This document shows positions 35,395 to 43,796 of a DNA stretch of 64,000 nt, in pieces (positions within the stretch are counted from its first letter, which is position 1; the number at the start of each line of letters is the position of its first letter). A program made the position numbers and the translations under genes. The notes under the pieces were generated by a model. The model was not told the DNA's origin, searched no databases, and saw only the letters and a list, made by a program, of their open reading frames with translations. Location: assembly GCA_045577415.1 (NCBI GenBank), contig JAZNII010000052.1, positions 992 to 64,991 of the forward strand, read 5' to 3'. This stretch comes from Eubacteriales bacterium (GTDB taxonomy: Bacteria > Bacillota > Clostridia > Oscillospirales > CAG-272).

Positions 35395-35423
35395 ATTATA
35401 GCACCAACGCAAATAATTGTCAA
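35395..35423 (-). promoter_or_regulatory. sigma-A promoter of the LRR gene leader
   Basis: On the minus strand TTGACA (35423-35418), a 17-nt spacer, then TGcTATAAT (-10 at 35400-35395). The predicted transcription start falls at the first helix arm. Confidence 0.65.
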
Positions 35424-35539
35424 GACAATTCGGTCAAATTTCGCTTTTTCACTTTTGCAAAACAAACTGCCACTCCACTTGACACAACACAAAAACAATG
35501 ATATAATTGTATAGGAAAAAATCAAGAAAGGAGAGCTTT

Positions 35540-36748
35540 ATGCGAAACGTTGGCATCGTTTGCGAATACAATCCGTTTCACACGGGGCATAAGCGACAGA
35601 TAGACATTCTGCGAGAGAATGGCGCGGAACTGATAATCTGCGCTATGAGCGGCAACTTTTCCGAGCGCGGAGAGTTGACCGTTGCCGACAAATATACGCG
35701 CGCGGAGAGTGCGGTCAGATGCGGCGCGGACATCGTAGTTGAGCTTTCCTTTCCCTTTTCGTCCTTTTCCGCAGAAGGCTTTGCAAGATCGGGCATTCAT
35801 ATTTTAGCGGAGCTTGGTTGCGACACTCTCTGCTTTGGAAGCGAGAGCGCGGACAAGGAGCTTTTGACACGGGCGGCTGAGGTCGTCATATCCGAGGATT
35901 TCGTCCGCTCCTACACCGAAGCCACAAAAAGCCAAGGCGCGGCAAGGTCCTATTTTGACCTGCTTGCGGCGCATCTCGGCGAGGACACGGCGCTCTTGTC
36001 CAACGACATTTTAGCGATCTCCTACATCGCCGCAATCAAGCGAGCGAATTTAAATATGGATATATTCCCCATCAAGCGAGAGGGCGCGGCGTACACCGAA
36101 AGTCAGCTTGGCGACGAGCTTCCCAGCGCGACCGCCATCCGCGAAGCAGTCAAAAATTCTCCCGAAGGCTTCTTTGCCACATCGGGCAAGCATCTGCCCA
36201 CCGAGGCTCTTGAAGTCCTTCGCGCGGCTCAATCGGCAGGCTACGCCCCTGTATTTACCGAGAACATCGGCTCGGATATATCGAGCTTTTTCAAGCTTAT
36301 GTCGACAGAGGATATTGTCGCAAGAGCTATCAAAAAATCGTGCGGCGGCACTTCCGTCTGCGAGGACGGCTGCGGCATCGTCGAGCGGCTTTGCAACTGC
36401 GCCAAAAAGACCGCAAACTTCGAGGAATTCGTGGGCAACGCGTACAATTCGCGCTACACGGACGCGCGTATCAATCGAGTAATTCTCTTTTCACTCATTG
36501 GAGTTTCGGATATTTTCGCAAAATCCGTTCCCGATTACACAATTCTTTTGGGAGCAAGCGAAAAAGGACGCAAATATCTTTCAACTATCCGAAAAACAAT
36601 AGATTTTCCCATCATCACCAAGCCTGCCGACGCGTACGCAGGAGTGACGACCGATATTCTCCGTCTTTCCGATTCTCTTTACTCGTCTGCTATGCCAAAG
36701 GGCGTAAGCTTCGATTATTTTTTGAAAAAGCACCCTTTTATGGATTAA
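35540..36748 (+). CDS. tmcAL: tRNA(Met) cytidine acetate ligase (YlbM/TmcAL family nucleotidyltransferase)
   Basis: The N-terminus GIVCEYNPFHTGHKRQI matches the YlbM/TmcAL signature. The start at 35540 has an AAAGGAGAG RBS and a TTGACA-17-TATAAT promoter upstream. Confidence 0.85.
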   Translation: MRNVGIVCEYNPFHTGHKRQIDILRENGAELIICAMSGNFSERGELTVADKYTRAESAVRCGADIVVELSFPFSSFSAEGFARSGIHILAELGCDTLCFGSESADKELLTRAAEVVISEDFVRSYTEATKSQGAARSYFDLLAAHLGEDTALLSNDILAISYIAAIKRANLNMDIFPIKREGAAYTESQLGDELPSATAIREAVKNSPEGFFATSGKHLPTEALEVLRAAQSAGYAPVFTENIGSDISSFFKLMSTEDIVARAIKKSCGGTSVCEDGCGIVERLCNCAKKTANFEEFVGNAYNSRYTDARINRVILFSLIGVSDIFAKSVPDYTILLGASEKGRKYLSTIRKTIDFPIITKPADAYAGVTTDILRLSDSLYSSAMPKGVSFDYFLKKHPFMD

Positions 36749-36867
36749 AAATCGCAAATTGAGCGAAAATATTAACAATTTATTGTTGACTTGACCCCAT
36801 TTGTGTGTTATAATTTATTATTGATATATTTTTTGAAAGGATTTCGAGCAATCGAAGCAGGTGATAT

Positions 36868-37161
36868 ATGATGGCAGAGACTCGCGAGATGGTCAAGGGC
36901 AACATCCTTTACTACAAAAACAAGCCCCTGGTCAGAGAAAAGGACACTATTTGCTACGGCGATTTTACCGAAAAGTGCGTTCTTATATTTGAGATAATGT
37001 CTTACGTCGAAAAGGAAGGCGTTAAGGTGCCGGGCAAGATATTTATTCAGGTTATCGACTCCGAAAGCGGAAAAATACTTAAGCAGGCAGATAAGGAAGG
37101 TATGTACGAGGCATTTACCTACGGCATATTCTGGTACGAAAAATTCTTGTCTGAAAACTGA
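36868..37161 (+). CDS. hypothetical small protein
   Basis: The 97-aa ORF has a TTGACT-17-TGtTATAAT promoter, an AGGTGA RBS and a strong terminator directly downstream. It is preferred over the overlapping 128-aa antisense ORF. Confidence 0.55.
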   Translation: MMAETREMVKGNILYYKNKPLVREKDTICYGDFTEKCVLIFEIMSYVEKEGVKVPGKIFIQVIDSESGKILKQADKEGMYEAFTYGIFWYEKFLSEN

Positions 37162-37180
37162 TCTTTTCATTATAAAAATA

Positions 37181-37212
37181 ATCCCTTGTTGCATTCCACT
37201 GCAACAAGGGAT
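37181..37212. terminator. bidirectional intrinsic terminator
   Basis: ATCCCTTGTTGCA / TGCAACAAGGGAT forms a 13-bp stem flanked by A-rich and T-rich runs. Confidence 0.8.
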
Positions 37213-37216
37213 TTGT

Positions 37217-38203
37217 TTATATTATATCGTTTCCGACAGGTGTGTAGAACAATTTTGCAAACTCGGCGGCGGTTTTGGACTTGGGGAGCGCCCACATGAC
37301 CTTGGCAACAACCGTCTCGGTCGTCATGTCGTAGGCTTCGGGAAGCTCGTATTTCTGCTTGATGCGAAGTCCAACCTGATAAACGCCCATGTCACTTCCC
37401 TCGTGAGGCACTTGAGTGGTGATAACGATGCGAACTCCTTTTTCAATAAGCTTTTCGATCTTCTCTACGAACTCGTCGTTGTCGTAGTAAGGCAGACCGC
37501 CAACACCGAAGCTCTCGATGATGACCGCGTGGTATCTGTCGGCGATAAAGTCGAAAATGTCGGCACTCATTCCGGGAATAAGCTTGACTACGATGACCGA
37601 TGAGTCGATCTCGTCGCAGAATATTGGGTCGCCACAGGTCTTCTCGCGGATATAGTATTTCACAGAGCCGCGGATAAAGCCGATCTCGGGATAGTCGATG
37701 CTGGAGAAAGCGTTAAAGCTCTTGGTTCTGGTCTTTCTCGCGCGAGTGGCGGCGATTATCTTGTCGCCAAATACGATATGTACGCCGCAGGCATCATCGT
37801 CCGACGCATACATAAAAGCATCGGTGAGATTTTCCCTTGCGTCGGTGTCTCTTTTTTCAATCGGTATCTGCGCGCCCGTAAGTACGATTGGCTTTCGGCT
37901 GTTTTGTATTAGATAATGGAGCATCGCCGCGGCATACGCCATAGTGTCGGTGCCGTGGGTGATGACGAAACCGTCGTACTCGTCGTATACCTTGCGGATA
38001 TAGCGCGCTATCTCAAGCCAGTATTCGGGACGCATATTGGTGCTGTCCAGATTGTACAGCTGGACGGTTGAGACATGGCAGATCCTTCCGACCTCCGGAA
38101 CGTGAGAAAGCAGCTGCTCCGATGCAAGCACGGGTACAAGACCGTTTTCACCCTCGGCAGATGCGATAGTACCTCCCGTTGTTATTAATAGAATATGTTT
38201 CAT
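37217..38203 (-). CDS. ansA: type I L-asparaginase
   Basis: TTGGTIAS and HGTDTM motifs, 328 aa. Confidence 0.9.
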   Translation of the reverse strand: MKHILLITTGGTIASAEGENGLVPVLASEQLLSHVPEVGRICHVSTVQLYNLDSTNMRPEYWLEIARYIRKVYDEYDGFVITHGTDTMAYAAAMLHYLIQNSRKPIVLTGAQIPIEKRDTDARENLTDAFMYASDDDACGVHIVFGDKIIAATRARKTRTKSFNAFSSIDYPEIGFIRGSVKYYIREKTCGDPIFCDEIDSSVIVVKLIPGMSADIFDFIADRYHAVIIESFGVGGLPYYDNDEFVEKIEKLIEKGVRIVITTQVPHEGSDMGVYQVGLRIKQKYELPEAYDMTTETVVAKVMWALPKSKTAAEFAKLFYTPVGNDII

Positions 38204-38916
38204 ATACCAAAGCCTCCGTCGACACCGATTATCTGCGCAGTAATAAACGACGCCTTTTCGCTCGCGAGGAAATAGACAAGCTCGGCAACCTCGGTGGGGT
38301 CTCCTATTCTGTAAAGCGGTGTCTTATCGCAAAGCTCGGCAATATCCTCGTCGTCATAGCCCGCGTTCATATCGGTGTCGATAACCCCCGGCTCTACGCA
38401 GTTGACGCGAATTCCCGAGGGACCAAGCTCCTTGGCAAGAGATAGGGTAAGTCCGCGAAGTCCCGCCTTGCTTGCCGAGTACGCCGCCTCGCAGGATGCT
38501 CCGCATCTGCCCCAAACAGAACCTATATTGACGATCGCGCCGCTTTGCTGTCTTACAAAGTCGCGTGTCGCCTCTCTGCTCATATAGAACGCGCTTGAAA
38601 GATTGGTGTTCATGACATTCATCCACTGCTCGTCGGTCACGTCGGTAACAAGCCCCGATATGCTGATGCCCGCGTTGTTTACAAGCACGTCAACGCCGCC
38701 GAGATACTCAACGGCTTTATTATAAGCCCACTCCGCCTCGTCGGGGTCGGAAAGATCGGCTTTTATCGGATATGCCCCCGTCTCGTCGGCACATTCCTCT
38801 GCCGCATCGTCATTTGAGCAATAGATAAAAGCAACTGCCCATCCGTTTTCGGAGAAAAGCTCTACGCAGGCGCGTCCGATGCCGCGAGAGCCGCCGGTAA
38901 TGATGACTTTCTTCAT
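38200..38916 (-). CDS. SDR family oxidoreductase (FabG-like)
   Basis: TGGSRGIG cofactor motif and YSASK catalytic motif. The start at 38916 has a GGAGA RBS. Confidence 0.85.
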   Translation of the reverse strand: MKKVIITGGSRGIGRACVELFSENGWAVAFIYCSNDDAAEECADETGAYPIKADLSDPDEAEWAYNKAVEYLGGVDVLVNNAGISISGLVTDVTDEQWMNVMNTNLSSAFYMSREATRDFVRQQSGAIVNIGSVWGRCGASCEAAYSASKAGLRGLTLSLAKELGPSGIRVNCVEPGVIDTDMNAGYDDEDIAELCDKTPLYRIGDPTEVAELVYFLASEKASFITAQIIGVDGGFGI

Positions 38917-39142
38917 TTTCGTCTCCAATCTTCAAAAAAATCTACAAATAACTAAAAAACATCATTTTTACGCTTCTTTTTATCATTATAACATCTGAAC
39001 GGCTTTTTTTCAATAGAAATTATCAATTATTTTTATTAAAGCTCTTGAAAAATACCAATTTTTGTAGTATAATATAGTTTGGTATGTGATGTATACCCCC
39101 AAACAGTAAAAAATAAAAGTACATAATACACAGGAGGTCATT

Positions 39143-40393
39143 ATGGCAAACGCAAGATACGAGTCCGCTAAGGAGATCTACGCAAAGTACGGTATCGACA
39201 CTGAGGCGGCTATCGCAGCTCTTTCCGACGTTCGCATTTCTATGCACTGCTGGCAGGCAGACGACGTTAAGGGATTTGAAGGAACAGGTGAGCTTTCCGG
39301 CGGTATTCAGACTACCGGTAACTACCCCGGCGGCGCAAGATGTCCCGACGAGCTTTTCGCAGACCTTGACAAGGCTCTCTCCCTCATTCCCGGAACTCAC
39401 AAGATCAACGTTCACGCAAACTACGCTATCGCTGAGGACGGCGAGACCATCGACCGTGACTGCATCGAACCCCGTCACTTCAAGAGATGGGTAGAGTTCG
39501 CAAAGAAGCATAACTGCGGTCTCGATTTCAACCCCACATTCTTCTCTCATCCCAAGGCTTCGGGTCTTACCCTCTCCAGCCCCGACGATGAGATCAGAAA
39601 CTTCTGGATCAAGCACGGTATCGCTTGTATCCGCATTTCCGAGTATTTCGCAAAGGAAACAGGTTATCCTTGCGTTATGAATATCTGGACCGGCGACGGT
39701 ACAAAGGACATCCCCGGCGACAGAATGGGTCCCCGTCAGAGATACGCTGACTCCATCGACCAGATTATCGGTTGTGGCTATGACAAGAGTCAGGTTTACG
39801 TAACCGTTGAGTCCAAGGTATTCGGTATCGGCGTTGAGGCTTACACCGTAGGCAGCGCTGAGTTCTCTCTCGCATACGCTATGACAAGAGGCATCACTCC
39901 TCTTATGGATAACGGTCACTACCATCCCACCGAGGTAGTTTCCGACAAGATCCCCGCGCTTCTCGTCTTCTCCGACAAGATCGCGCTCCACATCACCCGT
40001 CCTATCCGTTGGGACTCTGACCACGTTGTTGCTTATGACGATGAGACCCGCGAGATGATGAAGGAAGTCGTTCGTTGCAACGCTCTTGACAGAGTATTCC
40101 TCGCAACCGACTACTTCGACGCTTCCATCAACCGTGTAGCGGCTCTTGTTATCGGTATGAGAAACGTTCAGAAGGCAATCTTGAACGCTCTGCTTACTCC
40201 TAACGCAGAGATCAAGGGCTACCAGGATAAGGGAGACTACACCAGAATGCTTATGCTCCAAGAAGAGATCAAGACCCTTCCTATGGGCGATGTCTGGATG
40301 GAATTCTGCGAAAGAAACGGTGTTCCCGGCTGCTCTTGCTGGTTCAAGGAGATTGAAAAGTACGAATCTGAGGTTCTTTCTAAGAGAGTTTAA
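39143..40393 (+). CDS. rhaA: L-rhamnose isomerase
   Basis: It is alignable along its length with E. coli RhaA as I recall it (SMHCWQ.DDV.GFE, GGIQ.TGNYPG, RPIRWDSDHVV, FDASINR). Confidence 0.9.
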   Translation: MANARYESAKEIYAKYGIDTEAAIAALSDVRISMHCWQADDVKGFEGTGELSGGIQTTGNYPGGARCPDELFADLDKALSLIPGTHKINVHANYAIAEDGETIDRDCIEPRHFKRWVEFAKKHNCGLDFNPTFFSHPKASGLTLSSPDDEIRNFWIKHGIACIRISEYFAKETGYPCVMNIWTGDGTKDIPGDRMGPRQRYADSIDQIIGCGYDKSQVYVTVESKVFGIGVEAYTVGSAEFSLAYAMTRGITPLMDNGHYHPTEVVSDKIPALLVFSDKIALHITRPIRWDSDHVVAYDDETREMMKEVVRCNALDRVFLATDYFDASINRVAALVIGMRNVQKAILNALLTPNAEIKGYQDKGDYTRMLMLQEEIKTLPMGDVWMEFCERNGVPGCSCWFKEIEKYESEVLSKRV

Positions 40394-40447
40394 TCTTCGT
40401 ATTACATACACTAAAATCCTCACTTGATGAGGGGATTTTCATATATA

Positions 40448-40480
40448 AAAACGCTTGCGGCTATAAACCGCAAGCGTTTT
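40448..40480. terminator. bidirectional intrinsic terminator
   Basis: AAAACGCTTGCGG / CCGCAAGCGTTTT lies between the convergent rhaA and flavodiiron genes. Confidence 0.8.
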
Positions 40481-40494
40481 GTATTATTAGCAAC

Positions 40495-42285
40495 TTATTT
40501 TATCTCCTCAAAATCCACGGCTCCGTGCTTACAGAGGGGGCAGATGAAGTCCTCGGGGAGATTTTCGCCCTCGTAGATGTAGCCGCAGATCTTGCAGACG
40601 TAGCCTTTTTTGCCCTTTGTCTCGGGCTTGGGCTTGACATTGGCGTGATAGTAGGAGTAGGTCATGGTCTCTCTGTCGGAGATGACTCTCGCCTCGGTCA
40701 CGGAGCAGATAAACATTCCGTGGGTGTCGAGGTCAACATACTGCTCTACCTTAAGCGACATAAAGGAGTTGATATTTCTCGGAAGGAATACCAGACCGTT
40801 GTCGGAACGCAGAGGTTCGCAATCAGCGAACTTGTCCACGTTTCTGCCGCTCTGGAAACCGAATTTCTCAAATACGGCAAAGGGAGCGTCTACCGTGAGG
40901 CAGTTGATATTCATAATTCCCGTCTGCTTGATGACGTGATGAGAATAATTCGCCTTATTGATGGTCACGGCGATCCTGTTGGGTGTGCTTGTGACCTGTG
41001 TTACGGTATTGACGATAAGACCGTTGTCCTTCTTGCCGTCGTTTGAGGTCACCACGTAGAGACCGTAACCTATCTTAAAGAGCGCGGTGAGGTCGTTCTT
41101 ATTTGCGGTAGAGTCCTGCTGTGCGAGATAGTCACGGCAAAGCTCCTCTGCAAGAGCGTTAAGCTGATTCGTGCTTTCCTCGTTAAGGGCGGAAAGTATC
41201 TTAACGGTATTCTCGGCATAAGTCAGGTTCTTGCTCTTTTCAAGCATTCCCTTCATGACCTTTGTAGCCATGGGCGCCCAGCTTCCGTTCTCAATGAACG
41301 CAACGGTTCTGTTACTGTAATTGCGCTCGGTCAGGTGGTTGATAAATTCTCTCATAAAGGGGAAAATTTCGGCGTTGTAGGTAGTAGTCGCCAATACGAG
41401 CTTACTGTATCTGAAGGCGTCCTCGACCGCCTCTGCCATATCGCATCTTGCAAGATCGTTGACCACGACCTTGGGGCAACCGTTAGCTCTCAGCTTGTCG
41501 GCAAGCTGAAGAACCGCCTTTTTGGTGTTGCCGTAGACCGAGGTATAGGCGATAACGATTCCCTCCTCCTCGACCTGATAGCTTGACCAGGTGTTGTAGA
41601 GACCAAGGTAATATCCAAGATTTTCGGTGAGAACGGGTCCGTGAAGGGGGCAGATAGTCTGAATGTCAAGTCCTGCCGCCTTTTTGAGGAGAGATTGAAC
41701 CTGCGCGCCGTACTTGCCGACGATACCGATATAGTAGCGTCTTGCCTCGCACGCCCAGTCCTCGTCTGCGTCAAGCGCGCCGAATTTGCCGAAGCCGTCA
41801 GCCGAGAAAAGAACCTTATCGCAGCTATCGTAGGTCACAATGACCTCGGGCCAATGCACCATAGGCGCGGTAACGAAGGTCAACGTGTGCTTTCCGAGAG
41901 AAAGAGTATCACCCTCGCCCACAACGATCTGCTTGTCCGCAAAATCCTTGCCGAAGAAGTTCTTCATCATAACGAAAGCCTTCTGAGAGGAAACTATTTT
42001 CGCCTCGGGGTAAGCGTTCAGGAAGTTGACGATATTCGCGCTATGGTCGGGCTCCATGTGCTGAATGATCAGATAGTCGGGCTTTTTTGCGCCAAGTGTA
42101 TTCTGAATGTTATCAAGCCACTCGTGGGTGAAGTTTGCGTCTACGGTATCCATAACCGCGATCTTTTCGTCGATTATAACGTATGAATTGTAGGAAATTC
42201 CGTTAGGCACTACGTATTGACCCTCGAAAAGGTCGATATTTCGGTCGTTTACACCTACGTACTTAATATCATTTGTAATTATCAT
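40495..42285 (-). CDS. multidomain flavodiiron protein: diiron MBL-like + flavodoxin + flavin-reductase-like + rubredoxin
   Basis: HMEPDH diiron ligand motif and a flavodoxin core. The C-terminal part has a flavin-reductase-like domain. The final module YVCKICGYIYEG..FICPLCKHG is rubredoxin-like. The start at 42285 rejects the ORF-track extension. Confidence 0.85.
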   Translation of the reverse strand: MIITNDIKYVGVNDRNIDLFEGQYVVPNGISYNSYVIIDEKIAVMDTVDANFTHEWLDNIQNTLGAKKPDYLIIQHMEPDHSANIVNFLNAYPEAKIVSSQKAFVMMKNFFGKDFADKQIVVGEGDTLSLGKHTLTFVTAPMVHWPEVIVTYDSCDKVLFSADGFGKFGALDADEDWACEARRYYIGIVGKYGAQVQSLLKKAAGLDIQTICPLHGPVLTENLGYYLGLYNTWSSYQVEEEGIVIAYTSVYGNTKKAVLQLADKLRANGCPKVVVNDLARCDMAEAVEDAFRYSKLVLATTTYNAEIFPFMREFINHLTERNYSNRTVAFIENGSWAPMATKVMKGMLEKSKNLTYAENTVKILSALNEESTNQLNALAEELCRDYLAQQDSTANKNDLTALFKIGYGLYVVTSNDGKKDNGLIVNTVTQVTSTPNRIAVTINKANYSHHVIKQTGIMNINCLTVDAPFAVFEKFGFQSGRNVDKFADCEPLRSDNGLVFLPRNINSFMSLKVEQYVDLDTHGMFICSVTEARVISDRETMTYSYYHANVKPKPETKGKKGYVCKICGYIYEGENLPEDFICPLCKHGAVDFEEIK

Positions 42286-42325
42286 TTTATACCTCTTATA
42301 CCTCAATTATGATTTTCATTTGTTT

Positions 42326-43027
42326 TTACCAAAGTAAGGGGAGAATAATACCGCCGCTAACAAGCGATTCGAACCATTCCACAAGATACTCTATTATGTA
42401 AGGCATAACACTGCCCAATATCTCATGTATAATATCTCCCAAAACTCCGGTTGCTATAGATCCAAAAACCGGCGCTAATATTGCTAAAATCGGAGTAATT
42501 ATTGATATTATACTGCTAAGAAACGACGTAACAAAAGCAAGCACAAAGCTGACAATAAACGAAAGTACATCAAACACAAACGCAAGAACGAATAATATCA
42601 GCAAAAGAACTATTATCAATCCCAGCAATATTGTGGATATAAGTCCGAAAATATATCCCAACTTCATTATCTTTGACGTATTGCCCTTCTTCTTGACGAT
42701 CCTTGAAAATACAATGGCAAGGATACCAAAGATTAGAGGAGCTATACACATCAAGATATGTACTATAGGAACGATAGATCCTACAATTAAGCTCAAAATG
42801 ATCGTGAGCAGACCAAAGAGCAAATTCATCATTGCTCCGGCAAACGCGATAAACGCGAATATCATAGATAAAAGCGCCAACACTTTACCGTGTTGCTTTT
42901 TCACTGTTTTTGTGTCACTGCCGTCAAGCATTTCAACCTTATATGTCTCATTTTTATCTGAAGCATTTAACGATTCGTCAACCAATTCACTCGTCACAAC
43001 GGTTGTTTCCTTTTTCTTATCTTCCAT
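42326..43027 (-). CDS. hypothetical polytopic membrane protein
   Basis: A short polar N-terminus is followed by a long run of hydrophobic helices. The start is the ATG at 43027 with a GAGGTG RBS. It is arranged in tandem with a similarly organised gene. Confidence 0.5.
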   Translation of the reverse strand: MEDKKKETTVVTSELVDESLNASDKNETYKVEMLDGSDTKTVKKQHGKVLALLSMIFAFIAFAGAMMNLLFGLLTIILSLIVGSIVPIVHILMCIAPLIFGILAIVFSRIVKKKGNTSKIMKLGYIFGLISTILLGLIIVLLLILFVLAFVFDVLSFIVSFVLAFVTSFLSSIISIITPILAILAPVFGSIATGVLGDIIHEILGSVMPYIIEYLVEWFESLVSGGIILPLLW

Positions 43028-43063
43028 AATGAACACCTCAAAAGTTATTTTTTATCATTTTAA

Positions 43064-43765
43064 TTACAGCAGAAACGCCGCGCATAACGTTGATGGGATT
43101 ATCAAATTCACCAAAAACTGTACCAACAAATCGATCATAGGATTAATTATTAGCAGTAACACTACTGCAATCAAAAGAAGCAATATCTCCAACAATCCCA
43201 GTGCAACGATTAGTAAAACAATGAACACAAACGCTAAAATGGGAACTAACACAAACAACAAGCTTAAAGCAAGTCCGAAAATTCCCGCCAGAATTCCTAT
43301 AGTTGAATAGATGGATTTATGCTTATATCTTTTCGTAGACAGAGCTGCCCCAATACCTATAAGCGCAAAGATCGGATTTCCCATAAAAACGCTACAGGAA
43401 AGCAATCCGCACACGAAAGAGATTATTGAGCGTTCCTGCAAGACAGTTTCGTCGGGAATCTTTTTAGCCGTCTTTTTTTTCTTTAATCCTTTACCCTTTT
43501 CCCCACTTGCGTCGAAAGAATCGGGGGTTCCGTCATCATCCTCGGACACATGGGACTCACTATACTTTTTGAAATCCTCGTCGTCTAAATGTATCTCGAC
43601 GGGTTCATGGTCGAAATAATCGTCCTCCGAGCCATTCCCCTCATGAAATTCTTCATTCGAAGGGTCTACGAGGGACTTTTTATTTTCAGTCCCCTCGGTC
43701 TCGACCTCTTGATCTGTATTTTGAAGCTCAGCTTCATAAGATTGCGTGTTTTTTTCGTCTTTCAT
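43064..43765 (-). CDS. hypothetical membrane protein with an acidic N-terminal region (DUF4190-like TM pair?)
   Basis: An N-terminal segment of about 110 aa rich in Asp/Glu is followed by several TM helices. The family assignment is tentative. Confidence 0.45.
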   Translation of the reverse strand: MKDEKNTQSYEAELQNTDQEVETEGTENKKSLVDPSNEEFHEGNGSEDDYFDHEPVEIHLDDEDFKKYSESHVSEDDDGTPDSFDASGEKGKGLKKKKTAKKIPDETVLQERSIISFVCGLLSCSVFMGNPIFALIGIGAALSTKRYKHKSIYSTIGILAGIFGLALSLLFVLVPILAFVFIVLLIVALGLLEILLLLIAVVLLLIINPMIDLLVQFLVNLIIPSTLCAAFLL

Positions 43766-43796
43766 AATTAAACACCTGAATTTACTAAATTTGCGT

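Noticed and set aside
36808-37194. A 128-aa minus-strand ORF overlapping the 97-aa plus-strand ORF
   Set aside because: The plus-strand ORF has a consensus promoter, an RBS and a terminator in the correct orientation. The minus-strand ORF would start inside the terminator hairpin and has no RBS.
39023-40423. A 466-aa stop-free ORF on the minus strand, longer than any neighbouring gene
   Set aside because: It is exactly antisense to the clearly recognisable L-rhamnose isomerase gene. Its translation is low-complexity (Val/Ser/Gly/Asp-rich) with no RBS or family resemblance. It is an artefact of codon bias on the opposite strand.
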